64,000 nt of DNA from Vicinamibacteria bacterium (lineage in GTDB: Bacteria; Acidobacteriota; Vicinamibacteria; Marinacidobacterales; Marinacidobacteraceae), in contig CAXXLQ010000004.1 in assembly GCA_963668695.2 (NCBI GenBank), positions 1,344,001 through 1,408,000 on the forward strand. The letters run 5' to 3'. Below the pieces are notes generated by a model. It was not told where the DNA came from and did no database searches. It saw only the letters and a list, made by a program, of their open reading frames with translations. Shown one piece after another: positions 37,499 to 46,831 of this stretch. The first letter of the stretch is position 1. Every line of letters starts with the position of its first letter. Both the position numbers and the translations under genes were made by a program.

Positions 37499-40126
37499 AT
37501 GGCCGACGCGACGCTCCTGCTGGTGGACGGCAACAACCTGCTGTTCCGTTCGTTCTTCGCCATGCCCCGGCTGACCCGTTCGGACGGCCTGCCGAACGGC
37601 GCCCTGCACGGCTTCGTCGCCACCCTCCGGAAGATCCTGCGCGAGGAGGCGCCTGAGTTCGCGGCGGTGGCCTTCGACGCGCCGGGCCCCACCTTCCGTC
37701 ACGAGGCCTACCCGAAATACAAGGCCAACCGGCCGGAAATGCCCGTCGAACTGGCGCAGCAGGTTCCGTTCACGCGGGATCTTGCGCGGGTGCTGGGAGT
37801 GACGGTGGTCGAGGTCACCGGGGTCGAAGCGGACGATGTGATCGGGACTCTGGCGCGGGCCGGGAGCGGCAGAGGGTATCGGGTGTTGGTTGTTTCCGGC
37901 GACAAGGACCTGCTCCAGCTCGTGGACGACCGGGTCAGCGTCGTGCTGCCGGGCGATACCGCAAAGCGGCTCGATGCCGCCGGCGTCGAAGCAAAGTTGA
38001 AAGTCCCTCCGGACCGGGTGCCCGACTATCTCGGACTCGTCGGGGACTCGGTCGACAACATTCCCGGCGTTCCCGGCATCGGCCCCAAGACCGCGGCATC
38101 TCTGATCGCCTCGTTTGGCGGAGTCGACGAAATTCTCGCCCACACCGGGGAGATCACACGCAAACGCACCGCTTCCCTCCTGGAGGAGCACGCCGCCGCG
38201 GCGCGCCTCTCGCGGGAACTCGCCCGCCTCCGTCTGGATGTCCCGGTCCCGGAGGCGGGCGAGACTCTGGAGGGGCTTCGCTACCAGGGACCCCGGATGG
38301 AAGACGCTCGCGAGTTGCTCGAGGAGCTCGAACTGCGGACCCACGCCCGGGACCTGGCGCCGGCCGCTCCCTCGCGGGTGCCTCCCGTGAAGACGGCCTC
38401 CGGGATTCCCGACGTCGTCCGCGTTCTGGAACGCGCTCGAGAATCGGGACGGCTCTCGGTGCATGCGATGTTCGGACCCTCGCGAGACCGGAACCCCGCG
38501 CCGCTCGCCGCGCTCGGGGTCGCCTCCTCGGCCGGGGACGGGCTGCTGGTAGCGGTCGGCCCCCGTCTTGGTGAAAAGGACCTTGCCGAGACGTTCCGGC
38601 CGGCGCTGTCGAACGGGGTAGCGCTGATCGGACACGAGGTGCAGCCGTTCGTTCGGTGGTGGCTCGAACAAGGCGGCAAGCTACCCGAGGTCGCCCATGA
38701 CTCGCAGGTGGCGGCCTGGCTGCTCAACACCACCCGCCGAGCCCAGGGGTTTGGCGACGTGCTCCGGGACTATGTGGGCCTCGCGCTCCCGGAGCCGCGC
38801 CCCGCGCAGACGAGCCTTTTCGGCAGCGCTGCGCCCGACGAGCGACTGGCGATCGCGGCGGCCTGGCAGCACCGGCTCGCGGAAAAGCTGGAAGGCCTTC
38901 TCGATGCCGAGGGGCTTTCCAGTGTCTTCCGGGACATCGAGATGCCACTCCTGCCGGTGCTGGCCCGCATCGAAACCCGCGGCATCTGCCTCGACAGCGA
39001 GACCCTGCGCGAACTCGGCAAAGATCTCGAGGCGCGGCTCGAGGAGTTGACCGGGCAGATCCACGAACTGGCGGGAATCACGTTCGATATCCAGAGCCCC
39101 AAACAGCTCGGAGAGGTCCTTTTCGACAAACTGAACCTCCCGCAGACCGCGAAGACCCAAAAACTCAAGCGCGCCTCCACCCGCGCGGACGTACTCGAGG
39201 AACTGGGGCTCTACCACGAGGTGCCGCGTCTCGTTCTCGAGTACCGCGAGGTCGCCAAGCTGAAGAGCACCTATGTGGATCCGCTGCCGGAACTCGTTGC
39301 TCCGGGGACCGGGAGGCTCCACACCCGACTGCACCAGGCGGTGGCGGCGACCGGACGGCTCTCGAGTTCGGATCCCAATCTGCAGAACATCCCGGTCCGC
39401 TCCGACCTCGGCCGCCAGGTCCGGAAGACCTTTGTCGCCGCCCCCGGGAAGCGCCTGTTGTCGGCGGACTACTCCCAGATCGAGCTCCGCATCCTGGCCC
39501 ACCTGAGCGGCGATCCGGTGCTCATCGAGGCGTTCCGGTCGGGGGAAGACGTCCACGCCCGCACCGCGGAGGAAGTCTTCGGCGGGGTGGGACTGAGTCC
39601 CGCGGAGGCGCGCCGGCGGGCCAAGATCGTGAACTTCTCGATCATCTACGGCAAGACAGCGTTCACCCTGGCGAAGGAAATCGGTGTTTCCACAGGGGAC
39701 GCGAAGGCCTTCATCGACGCCTACTTCAACCGCTACGCCCGGGTGCGGGATCTGATCGAAGCGATCCGCGAGGAAGCTCGCGCGACGGGTCGCGTTACCA
39801 CCCTGTTCGGCCGGCAGCGACACATCCCCGAGATCCGCACCACCCAGCGCGCCCGGCGGGAGGCTGCCGAGCGGATGGCCGTGAATGCTCCGATACAGGG
39901 GACCGCCGCCGATCTGATCAAGATCGCGATGCTCGGCGTGGACCGGGCGCTCGAGCCCACTTCGGGAGTCTTGTTGCTGCAGGTCCACGACGAACTGCTG
40001 ATCGAGGTGGATTCCGCCGAGGCGGAAGCGGTCGGCGAATTGGTCCGCCACGAAATGGAATCGGTCGCAGAACTCCAGGTCCCCCTGGTGGCCGACGTCA
40101 CTATCGCGGATTCCTGGGAACACTGA
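37499..40126 (+). CDS. polA: DNA polymerase I
   Basis: 5'-3' exonuclease LLVDG, EADDVIGTL, GDKDLLQL, GDSVDNIPGVPGIG; polymerase TGRLSSSDPNLQNIP, DYSQIELR, KIVNFSIIYG, QVHDEL. Confidence 0.97.
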   Translation: MADATLLLVDGNNLLFRSFFAMPRLTRSDGLPNGALHGFVATLRKILREEAPEFAAVAFDAPGPTFRHEAYPKYKANRPEMPVELAQQVPFTRDLARVLGVTVVEVTGVEADDVIGTLARAGSGRGYRVLVVSGDKDLLQLVDDRVSVVLPGDTAKRLDAAGVEAKLKVPPDRVPDYLGLVGDSVDNIPGVPGIGPKTAASLIASFGGVDEILAHTGEITRKRTASLLEEHAAAARLSRELARLRLDVPVPEAGETLEGLRYQGPRMEDARELLEELELRTHARDLAPAAPSRVPPVKTASGIPDVVRVLERARESGRLSVHAMFGPSRDRNPAPLAALGVASSAGDGLLVAVGPRLGEKDLAETFRPALSNGVALIGHEVQPFVRWWLEQGGKLPEVAHDSQVAAWLLNTTRRAQGFGDVLRDYVGLALPEPRPAQTSLFGSAAPDERLAIAAAWQHRLAEKLEGLLDAEGLSSVFRDIEMPLLPVLARIETRGICLDSETLRELGKDLEARLEELTGQIHELAGITFDIQSPKQLGEVLFDKLNLPQTAKTQKLKRASTRADVLEELGLYHEVPRLVLEYREVAKLKSTYVDPLPELVAPGTGRLHTRLHQAVAATGRLSSSDPNLQNIPVRSDLGRQVRKTFVAAPGKRLLSADYSQIELRILAHLSGDPVLIEAFRSGEDVHARTAEEVFGGVGLSPAEARRRAKIVNFSIIYGKTAFTLAKEIGVSTGDAKAFIDAYFNRYARVRDLIEAIREEARATGRVTTLFGRQRHIPEIRTTQRARREAAERMAVNAPIQGTAADLIKIAMLGVDRALEPTSGVLLLQVHDELLIEVDSAEAEAVGELVRHEMESVAELQVPLVADVTIADSWEH

Positions 40127-40151
40127 CGGGGTTCCCGAACCGAACGCTCCG

Positions 40152-40922
40152 CTACCTGTACATCGCTCGGATGACCTCCAGGATGTCCGGCGCCTCCCGC
40201 AGGATTTCGGTCTCGGCGAACGAGATGAAGTCGGCAGGAATGCCGTGGAGCGCCTCGGCGACGGGTCCCGCGATCGCCGCGAGGGTGTCGGCGTCCCCGC
40301 CGAGGGAAACAGCGTTCCGGATGGCCTGCTCGAAGTCCTGCGCCTCGAGAGCGCATACCAGCGCTTCGGGCACGGTGCGCTGACACGTCTCGTTGTACTC
40401 GTAGGTCTCGCGGATGGTCGCGACGTCCCGGGAAAGGTCGTACCCGTAGGTCCTGGTAATCGCGGTCGTTATCGATCGCGGGACCTCTCCCTGAAATGCC
40501 AGCCAGATCGCGTGGGTCGCGGCGCGGGCGCCCTTCATCCCCTCCGGGTGATCGTGGGTGATCCTCGTGACCCGATCGGCGGCGGCGAGGGCCTTGGCCA
40601 GCGGCCGTTCGCGATTCAGGAACGCGGCCGGTGAAACCCGCATCGCCGCCCCGTTGCCGTAGCTGCCGTAGGGGGTTGGCGTTTCCTCGTGGATCCAGCC
40701 GCCGAAGCGCGCGCCCCAACTGCAGTCCGGGTAGCGGCGGCACCACGCCTGCATCGTCTCGGCGGGGCGTCGCCCTTTCAGCAGGATGTCCGCTACGGCG
40801 GCGGTGCAGACGGTGTCGTCGGTGAAATTGCACCCGGGGCCGAAGAACTCGAACCGGGTGGAGCGGAAACCCCCGAACTCGTGGCGCGAACCCACGTAGT
40901 CGCCGATGACCGCGCCGTACAT
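40152..40922 (-). CDS. ADP-ribosylglycohydrolase family protein
   Basis: GAVIGDYVGS, FTDDT, SYGNGAAMRVSP, THDHPEG, GGDADT. Confidence 0.92.
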   Translation of the reverse strand: MYGAVIGDYVGSRHEFGGFRSTRFEFFGPGCNFTDDTVCTAAVADILLKGRRPAETMQAWCRRYPDCSWGARFGGWIHEETPTPYGSYGNGAAMRVSPAAFLNRERPLAKALAAADRVTRITHDHPEGMKGARAATHAIWLAFQGEVPRSITTAITRTYGYDLSRDVATIRETYEYNETCQRTVPEALVCALEAQDFEQAIRNAVSLGGDADTLAAIAGPVAEALHGIPADFISFAETEILREAPDILEVIRAMYR

Positions 40923-41704
40923 CAGCCCTTCAGGTAGATCCGATCCGGATCGAGTTCCTCCCGCAGCAGGCGGAGCACCGCGGCGTCCGGCACCTCGGTG
41001 GCGCCAAGCGGGGAGGACACCTTGAGATCCCAGCCCGTCGCTTCCAACACCTGATCCAGGCTCACGCCGGGATGGACCGATTCGAGGGTCATCTCTCGTG
41101 TCTCCCCGTCGAAGCCATAGACCCCGAGATCGGTGATCACTCGGGAGGGACCGCCTCCCCGCGCGCCCAGTGCCGCGCGACTCTCGCCGCCTTCGGCCCA
41201 ACCGACGGTGGTGCGGAAGTCGAGTTCCTCGACGAACCTCCTGGGGTCCTGGCGGGCGATGATCACGGTCCGGTGCGCGTTCAAGGCGATGTCGGGGGCG
41301 CCCCCGGCCCCCGGAAGGCGCACTTTGGGTTTGTGGTAGTCGCGCCCCACCACCGTCGTGTTGAGGTTCCCGTAGCGGTCAATCTGCGCGGCGCCCAGAA
41401 AACCCAGATCGGTGCGTCCGCCTTGCAGGAAGTACAGGAACGTCTCCGCCATGGGGAGCACCTGCGCCGCCCCGCTCACGAGGCAGGGGTCTCCGATCGA
41501 GATCGGCAGCCGGACGGGACGGGCCCCGAACACGCCGGACTCGTAGATGAGGTGGCAGCGCGGCGCATGGAGCCGGAGCGCGAGCTGCACCGCGAGGTTG
41601 GGAAGCCCTACCCCAACGAACACGGAATCGCGGTCCCGCACCTCGCGGCACGCGGCGAAGACCATGATTTCCGATCGCGTCGGCGCCCCCGGCTGCTTCG
41701 TCAC
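40922..41704 (-). CDS. CoA-transferase beta subunit (glutaconate/3-oxoadipate type)
   Basis: VFVGVGLP, LIYESG, FLGAAQIDRYGNLNTT, RLPGAGG, VITDLG. Confidence 0.9.
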   Translation of the reverse strand: MTKQPGAPTRSEIMVFAACREVRDRDSVFVGVGLPNLAVQLALRLHAPRCHLIYESGVFGARPVRLPISIGDPCLVSGAAQVLPMAETFLYFLQGGRTDLGFLGAAQIDRYGNLNTTVVGRDYHKPKVRLPGAGGAPDIALNAHRTVIIARQDPRRFVEELDFRTTVGWAEGGESRAALGARGGGPSRVITDLGVYGFDGETREMTLESVHPGVSLDQVLEATGWDLKVSSPLGATEVPDAAVLRLLREELDPDRIYLKG

Positions 41705-42597
41705 CGATAGTCCCCGTAGTCCACCGGTCCGGCGAGACGCGGCCCCGGTCGCAGGCGGTTCGTTGTCGCTTCGCCGAGGTGGGCGAGATAGGCGGCGCGG
41801 TCCGGGAGGCCACGCACCCACTCGTCCAGATACCGCTCGAGTTCCGCCGGGTCGCGGGTGATCCGGTCCCACGCGAGATAGGCGGCGTTGTCGCGGTCGT
41901 AGTACCCCTGAGCGAAGCTCGGATGGGCGCTCCACGGCTCCTCCACGACGGCGTCCACCACGACGGAAGGAATCTGGGTGCGGTTCGGGTCGGCTCGCAC
42001 CACGTCCTCCGGAACCACCTCCTCGACCACCACGATCACCCGGCGGGCGGCGAAGGCGGCTTCCCGCTGAGCGCCGACCAGGCCCCAGATCTGGGTGTTG
42101 CCCTCTGCATCGGCGCGTTGCGCGTTCAGGATGGCGACGTCGGGGTGAAGCGCCGAGACGGCGTCGAGCGTTTCGCCGGTGAAGGGGCAGGTGACCTGCT
42201 TCAGGTTGGGATTCACCCGGGGCAGGTCGGTTCCCCGGTAGCCGCGGAGCGGAAAGAAGGGGAGGCCCGACGCGGCGGCCTTGTAGCGGCACAAGAGCCC
42301 GAAGTGCGAGTACTCCTCGATTTCGAGCGGCGCCGGGTAGCCGCGCTCCACCGCGCGCCGGATCGCGTGGAGTGAACCCACGCCCGGGTTGCCGAGCCAG
42401 CCGAAGATCAGCTTCCGGGCGGTTCCCGCGGCGACCATTTGGTCCATCAGAAGGTCCGGCGTCAGGCGGACGAGCGTGAGGTCCCGCCGCCGCTGGCGGA
42501 TGATTTCGTGGCCAGCCGCAAAAGGGATCAGGTGGGTGAACCCCTCGAGCACCACGGTGTCCCCGTCCCGCACGAAGCGGGACACCGCCTCGCGCAT
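41701..42597 (-). CDS. CoA-transferase alpha subunit (glutaconate/3-oxoadipate type)
   Basis: EGFTHLIPFAAGHEIIRQ, WLGNPGVGSL, QRADAEGN, HPSFAQGYYDRDN; start may lie a few codons upstream. Confidence 0.9.
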   Translation of the reverse strand: MREAVSRFVRDGDTVVLEGFTHLIPFAAGHEIIRQRRRDLTLVRLTPDLLMDQMVAAGTARKLIFGWLGNPGVGSLHAIRRAVERGYPAPLEIEEYSHFGLLCRYKAAASGLPFFPLRGYRGTDLPRVNPNLKQVTCPFTGETLDAVSALHPDVAILNAQRADAEGNTQIWGLVGAQREAAFAARRVIVVVEEVVPEDVVRADPNRTQIPSVVVDAVVEEPWSAHPSFAQGYYDRDNAAYLAWDRITRDPAELERYLDEWVRGLPDRAAYLAHLGEATTNRLRPGPRLAGPVDYGDYR

Positions 42598-42774
42598 AGT
42601 GAGAACCTTGGACTCGGACAGGATGGGGGCGCCTCCGGGAAGGATTATCAGCCCGGGTGGTTGGTCGTTTCCCGCCGTTCGCCGCGGCGAGTGCGCCATG
42701 TCGGGGAATCGCGTTGCGCCGGCTGCCGCTCTGTCGGGCGGCAATGCCGACCAGAGGTTGGCGTTCCCTTCCCC

Positions 42775-42911
42775 GCCGCAAAAGGGATCAGGTGGGTGAA
42801 CCCCTCGAGCACCACGGTGTCCCCGTCCCGCACGAAGCGGGACACCGCCTCGCGCATGGTGAGAACCTTGGACTCGGACAGGATGGGGGATGCTTCTCCG
42901 GACGGATTATC
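42775..42911 (-). pseudogene. Duplicated 5' fragment of the CoA-transferase alpha gene
   Basis: Near-identical direct repeat of 42515-42649 (offset 260 bp), truncated next to a REP copy at 42745-42768. Confidence 0.9.
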
Positions 42912-43950
42912 CGTTCCCCTCGCGGAGTCCCTGCGGGCGGCGCACCTCGTGCCGCTCGAGCCATTCACGCAGTTGAGCGGACACTTCGGCGCCGGTGGGG
43001 TCGAGTTCCGTCTGCCAGAGCCGCGTCTGGACCACAAAGCGGTCGAAGTCGCTCGGGGTTGTGTCCCGTTCGACGATCTCCCCGATCTTGCGCTGAAAGA
43101 TGCTGCCCCAATCGGGCCGGCGTCCGTCGAGGTCGGTGAAGCCGTACTCCTTCGCCAGCCCCCAGCTCGAAAACAATCGGCCGCTCTTCTCGTTGACGTT
43201 GGGATCCGCGGCCAGCGACGCCACCGCGAGGCCGAGGAAACAGGGGGTTTCAGATTCGGCGAAATACGGATCCTTCTCGATGGCGTCCCGCCAGTTCGCC
43301 TCGGCCACTCCGAAGTGGTCGAGGACTGCTTCGGAGCGGAGGAATCCGGGCGTGATCGCGAGCGCCGTTACCTGATGGGCCTTCAGGTCGGCCGCCATGG
43401 CGTAGGCGAGCCGGATGACGGCGTTCTTGGCCAGGTCGTAGAACAGATTGCCGCGGTACCCGAGGGTGTCGCCGTCGGTGACCTCGACAATCAATCCGGC
43501 GTCTTGTTTGACCATGAGCGGTGCTCCGTGCCGGCTGGTGATGATGTGGCTGTGGACCGCCCGCTCGAGCAGCTCGAACCCCTGGGCGCTGGAGAGCTCC
43601 CAAAAGGGCGATCCCCACTCGGTGAGTGCGTCGCCACCCCAGATGTCGTTCACCAGGATGTCCAGCCGGCCGTGGTCCGAGCGGATGCGCGCGAAAAGTC
43701 CCTCGACCTCCGGTTCCTTTGTGTGGTCGGTGCGGACCGCGATGCCGCGGCCGCCCGCCGCGGTGACCATCTCCGCGGTTTCCTCGATCGTTTCGGGCCG
43801 TCCGGCGGTGGCGGGACGCCCGCGCACGCTCCGGCCCGTGCAGTAGACGGTGGCGCCAGCGGCCCCCAGCATACGGGCGATCCCGCGGCCGGCGCCGCGG
43901 GTGGCCCCCGCGACCACGGCCACCTGGCGGCGCAGCGGCCTGTTCGACAT
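42907..43950 (-). CDS. SDR family oxidoreductase
   Basis: AGATRGAGRG, LVNDIWGG, YDLAK, TPGFLRSE, SETP. Confidence 0.92.
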   Translation of the reverse strand: MSNRPLRRQVAVVAGATRGAGRGIARMLGAAGATVYCTGRSVRGRPATAGRPETIEETAEMVTAAGGRGIAVRTDHTKEPEVEGLFARIRSDHGRLDILVNDIWGGDALTEWGSPFWELSSAQGFELLERAVHSHIITSRHGAPLMVKQDAGLIVEVTDGDTLGYRGNLFYDLAKNAVIRLAYAMAADLKAHQVTALAITPGFLRSEAVLDHFGVAEANWRDAIEKDPYFAESETPCFLGLAVASLAADPNVNEKSGRLFSSWGLAKEYGFTDLDGRRPDWGSIFQRKIGEIVERDTTPSDFDRFVVQTRLWQTELDPTGAEVSAQLREWLERHEVRRPQGLREGNG

Positions 43951-43965
43951 GGTGATTGGACTCCC

Positions 43966-45282
43966 TCAGCCGAACGCGGCGATCAGGCGACGGCCGATCT
44001 CGGCGAGTTCCTCGCTGGTTACGGTCAGCGGCGGGGCGAGCAGAACCATGTCGCCCTGTCCCTCCGGTCCCCGGACCGGGTACACGAGCAGGCCCTCGTC
44101 CCAGGCTGCGGCGGCGAACTCCCGGGCGGAGCGTCCCCCGCCGTCCGGTGGATGGAACGCGATTCCCGCGAGCAAGCCGCGGACCCACGAACCCTCGACC
44201 GCCGAATTCCCGGCGACGGGCTCGAGTGCGGCCCGGAGTTCTTTCTCCAGGGACGCCGCGCGGCCGACCAGGCCTTCGTCGCGAATCACCCGCAGAACCT
44301 CCCGGACCACCGCGGCGACGACGGGATGGTGCGAAAAGGTGAATCCGTGCCGGAAGTCGGGCGCTACCGCCTCGACCACCTCAGGCTTCGCGACGACCGC
44401 CCCGCCCGGAACGAAGCCGGAGGTCAGCCCCTTGCCGAGGACCACGATGTCCGCGTCCACGCCGGCGTGTTCGGAAGCGAGGAAGCGCCCGGTCCGGCCG
44501 CAGCCGCTGAGCACTTCGTCCGCGATGAGCAAAACGCCCCGTTCGGCGGTGGTGCGGCGGACGGATCGCAGATAGTCCTCGGGAGGTGCGAATCCACCCG
44601 CGGAGGCGCCGAGCACCGGCTCCACCAGGACCGCCGCGATGCTTCCCTTCGCGTCCTCGACCGCCTGGTCTATCTCGCCCGCGCAGGCGACCTCGCACCT
44701 CGGATAGTGGAGGTTCAGCGGGCAGCGCGGACACCAGGGCGCGGCCACGAGCGGCATTTCTGCAAGCAGTGGGAGATAGGGAGCCCGGAGGGCGTCCCGC
44801 CCCGAGACCGCGAGCGCTCCGAGGGTGTTGCCGTGGTAGCCCGGCCGCTGGGAGACGATCTGCCACCGCTCGGGGTGGCCGAGCGCGACCGCGTACGCGC
44901 GGGCCAGTTTGATCGCGGTTTCCACGGCCTCGGCGCCTCCGGGGGTGAGGTACACCTTGGCGTTTTTGAAACCGGAGGGAAGCGATTCCACGAGAAGCGC
45001 CGCGGCCTCTTCCATCGCCCGGGTGGTGAACTGCGCGCCGTGCACGTAGTCGGCCGATTCGAGCTGGCGGGTCGCGGCGCGGACGACTTCCTTCCGGCCG
45101 TGCCCGACGCTGATCGTGAGGGCGCCGCCGCAGGCATCCAGCCAGCGGGTCCCGTCTTCCGCCTCGATCCAGGCGCCGGTCGCGCGCGTCGCGATGCGGT
45201 AGGTGCGCTCGAGGTCCCGGTAGAAGACCGGACTCTCCGGATACCTGCGCGGTTCGGTCGACCGGTCCTGGAACCGGCTCAT
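43966..45282 (-). CDS. Class III PLP-dependent aminotransferase
   Basis: GGAEAVETAIKLA, YHGNT, EPVLGAS, LIADEVLSGCGRTG, LGKGLTSG. Confidence 0.92.
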   Translation of the reverse strand: MSRFQDRSTEPRRYPESPVFYRDLERTYRIATRATGAWIEAEDGTRWLDACGGALTISVGHGRKEVVRAATRQLESADYVHGAQFTTRAMEEAAALLVESLPSGFKNAKVYLTPGGAEAVETAIKLARAYAVALGHPERWQIVSQRPGYHGNTLGALAVSGRDALRAPYLPLLAEMPLVAAPWCPRCPLNLHYPRCEVACAGEIDQAVEDAKGSIAAVLVEPVLGASAGGFAPPEDYLRSVRRTTAERGVLLIADEVLSGCGRTGRFLASEHAGVDADIVVLGKGLTSGFVPGGAVVAKPEVVEAVAPDFRHGFTFSHHPVVAAVVREVLRVIRDEGLVGRAASLEKELRAALEPVAGNSAVEGSWVRGLLAGIAFHPPDGGGRSAREFAAAAWDEGLLVYPVRGPEGQGDMVLLAPPLTVTSEELAEIGRRLIAAFG

Positions 45283-45944
45283 GGTTCCGCAGCAGTTCCC
45301 AGGAGCGCGCCGGGAAGATCGCCGAGCGCGTCGAGCAGGAGATCCGGCTCCGCCGCCCGGAGCATCTCCTCGCTGCTGAAATTGCTCACGAGGGCGGCAG
45401 TAAGGGTGCCGGCCCTTTTCCCCATGGCGATGTCTTCCGGCCGGTCTCCCACGTAGAGCGCGTCCCGCGGTTCAACGCCGAGGCGGGAAAGGGCGAGCAG
45501 GAGCCCCTCGGGGTGGGGTTTCTTGTTCCGGGCGTCCTCGAACGCCACGAGGGCCTCGAAGCGATCAGCAAGTGCAAGCCGGTCCAGGTCGTCGAGCAAT
45601 CGCAGCCGATCGGCGCTCGTAACCACGCCGAGCCGCAGTTCCCGGTCAGAGAGCGCGCTGAGCGCGCCGAGGACATCCGGGAACAGGTTCACCGCGTGGC
45701 TACGCTCGAGGTATTTCTCCCGCCAGATGGTTCCGGCCTCGTCCCAGCGGGTCTCGGGAATGCCGAGCTGCCGGTAGGTCTCGTGCCAATCGGGCCGGTA
45801 GGTGGCCTGGTACCGCGCCTCGTTCATCCGGATTCCGAAGTGCCCGAACACCGAAAGCGAGGCATAACGGGTGGTGGCGAAGCTGTCCGCCAGGGTTCCG
45901 TCCCAGTCAAAGAGGACGGCGGAGACGGAAGGCACACAACGCAA
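45279..45944 (-). CDS. HAD family hydrolase (phosphoglycolate phosphatase-like)
   Basis: LFDWDGTLADS, VVTS, KPHPE, YVGDRPEDI. Confidence 0.9.
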   Translation of the reverse strand: MRCVPSVSAVLFDWDGTLADSFATTRYASLSVFGHFGIRMNEARYQATYRPDWHETYRQLGIPETRWDEAGTIWREKYLERSHAVNLFPDVLGALSALSDRELRLGVVTSADRLRLLDDLDRLALADRFEALVAFEDARNKKPHPEGLLLALSRLGVEPRDALYVGDRPEDIAMGKRAGTLTAALVSNFSSEEMLRAAEPDLLLDALGDLPGALLGTAAEP

Positions 45945-45967
45945 GAGGCGGTGGCAGCCTACCTGAG

Positions 45968-46217
45968 CAGCCGGTGGACAAAGTCACGCGGCCCAGTTCT
46001 CCGGTGGGGGCTCGAGCGGCGATCCATCCCGGCTGAAACAGTCCGCTTCGCGTCGTTCATCGTTGCGCTTCGGCCGAAATGCGCTCGGGCCAGTTCTCCC
46101 GGTGGGGGCTCCTCCCTCGCGCGCCTTGTCAGCCGGGCCCCCACCGGGAGGACTGGCCCCACCGGGAGAACTGGGCCTCCCCGCTCTCGGCGCTCACGCC
46201 ACTTTGTCCACCGGCTG
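45968..46217. mobile_element. MITE-like element copy 5 (four 18-bp inserts at three sites)
   Basis: cagccggtggacaaagt...actttgtccaccggctg perfect 17-bp TIR; inserts at 45993, 46090, 46139 and 46157. Confidence 0.88.
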
Positions 46218-46266
46218 CACCTGCCGAGCCCGCAATTGCCACTTCCGGACGGATAGAATTCCGGGG

Positions 46267-46797
46267 ATGTTGATGTGTCGATCCTCCTTCATGGAGACCG
46301 GAATTCCCGAGATCGGTCGCCTGGAATTGCTCAGTACCGATCAGGGTCTGGCCGCCATCCTGTTCTGTGATGAGCGGCGTTCCCGGGCTTCCGCCGCCTG
46401 GCGCGCAAGGAACGTGGGGTCCGTAGTCCCGGCGTCGCCTGGAGAGCACGATGTCTACGCGCGCCAGATTCGGGAGTTTCTGACCGGTGACCGCCGCGAA
46501 TTCACGATTCCGCTGCAGCGGACCGGTACTCCCTTCCAGCGGGCCGTTCTCGATGCGGTGGCGGGAGTGCCGTACGGCGCCCGGGTCAGCTACCAGGACA
46601 TCGCCCGCTCAGTCGGGAACCCAGCGGCCTGCCGGGCGGTCGGTGCGGCGAACGGCGCGAATCCCCTGCCGCTCGTCATCCCCTGTCACCGGATCGTAGG
46701 CGCCTCGAAGAAACTGACCGGATACGGCGGCGGCCTCGACGCCAAGCGCTGGCTGCTCTCCCTTGAATCCCCGGCCCTGCTCGCGTTGGCATCTTGA
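46267..46797 (+). CDS. ogt: Methylated-DNA--protein-cysteine methyltransferase
   Basis: GTPFQRAV, VPYG, RAVGAANGANP, active site IPCHRIV, GYGGGL; TAGAAT -10-like box at 46254. Confidence 0.93.
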   Translation: MLMCRSSFMETGIPEIGRLELLSTDQGLAAILFCDERRSRASAAWRARNVGSVVPASPGEHDVYARQIREFLTGDRREFTIPLQRTGTPFQRAVLDAVAGVPYGARVSYQDIARSVGNPAACRAVGAANGANPLPLVIPCHRIVGASKKLTGYGGGLDAKRWLLSLESPALLALAS

Positions 46798-46831
46798 GCG
46801 AGCGGCTCCCTCTTTTCTCAGGCAAACCGAC

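Noticed and set aside
42439-45456. 1005-aa plus-strand ORF
   Set aside because: Antisense shadow of the SDR/aminotransferase/HAD genes; no motifs.
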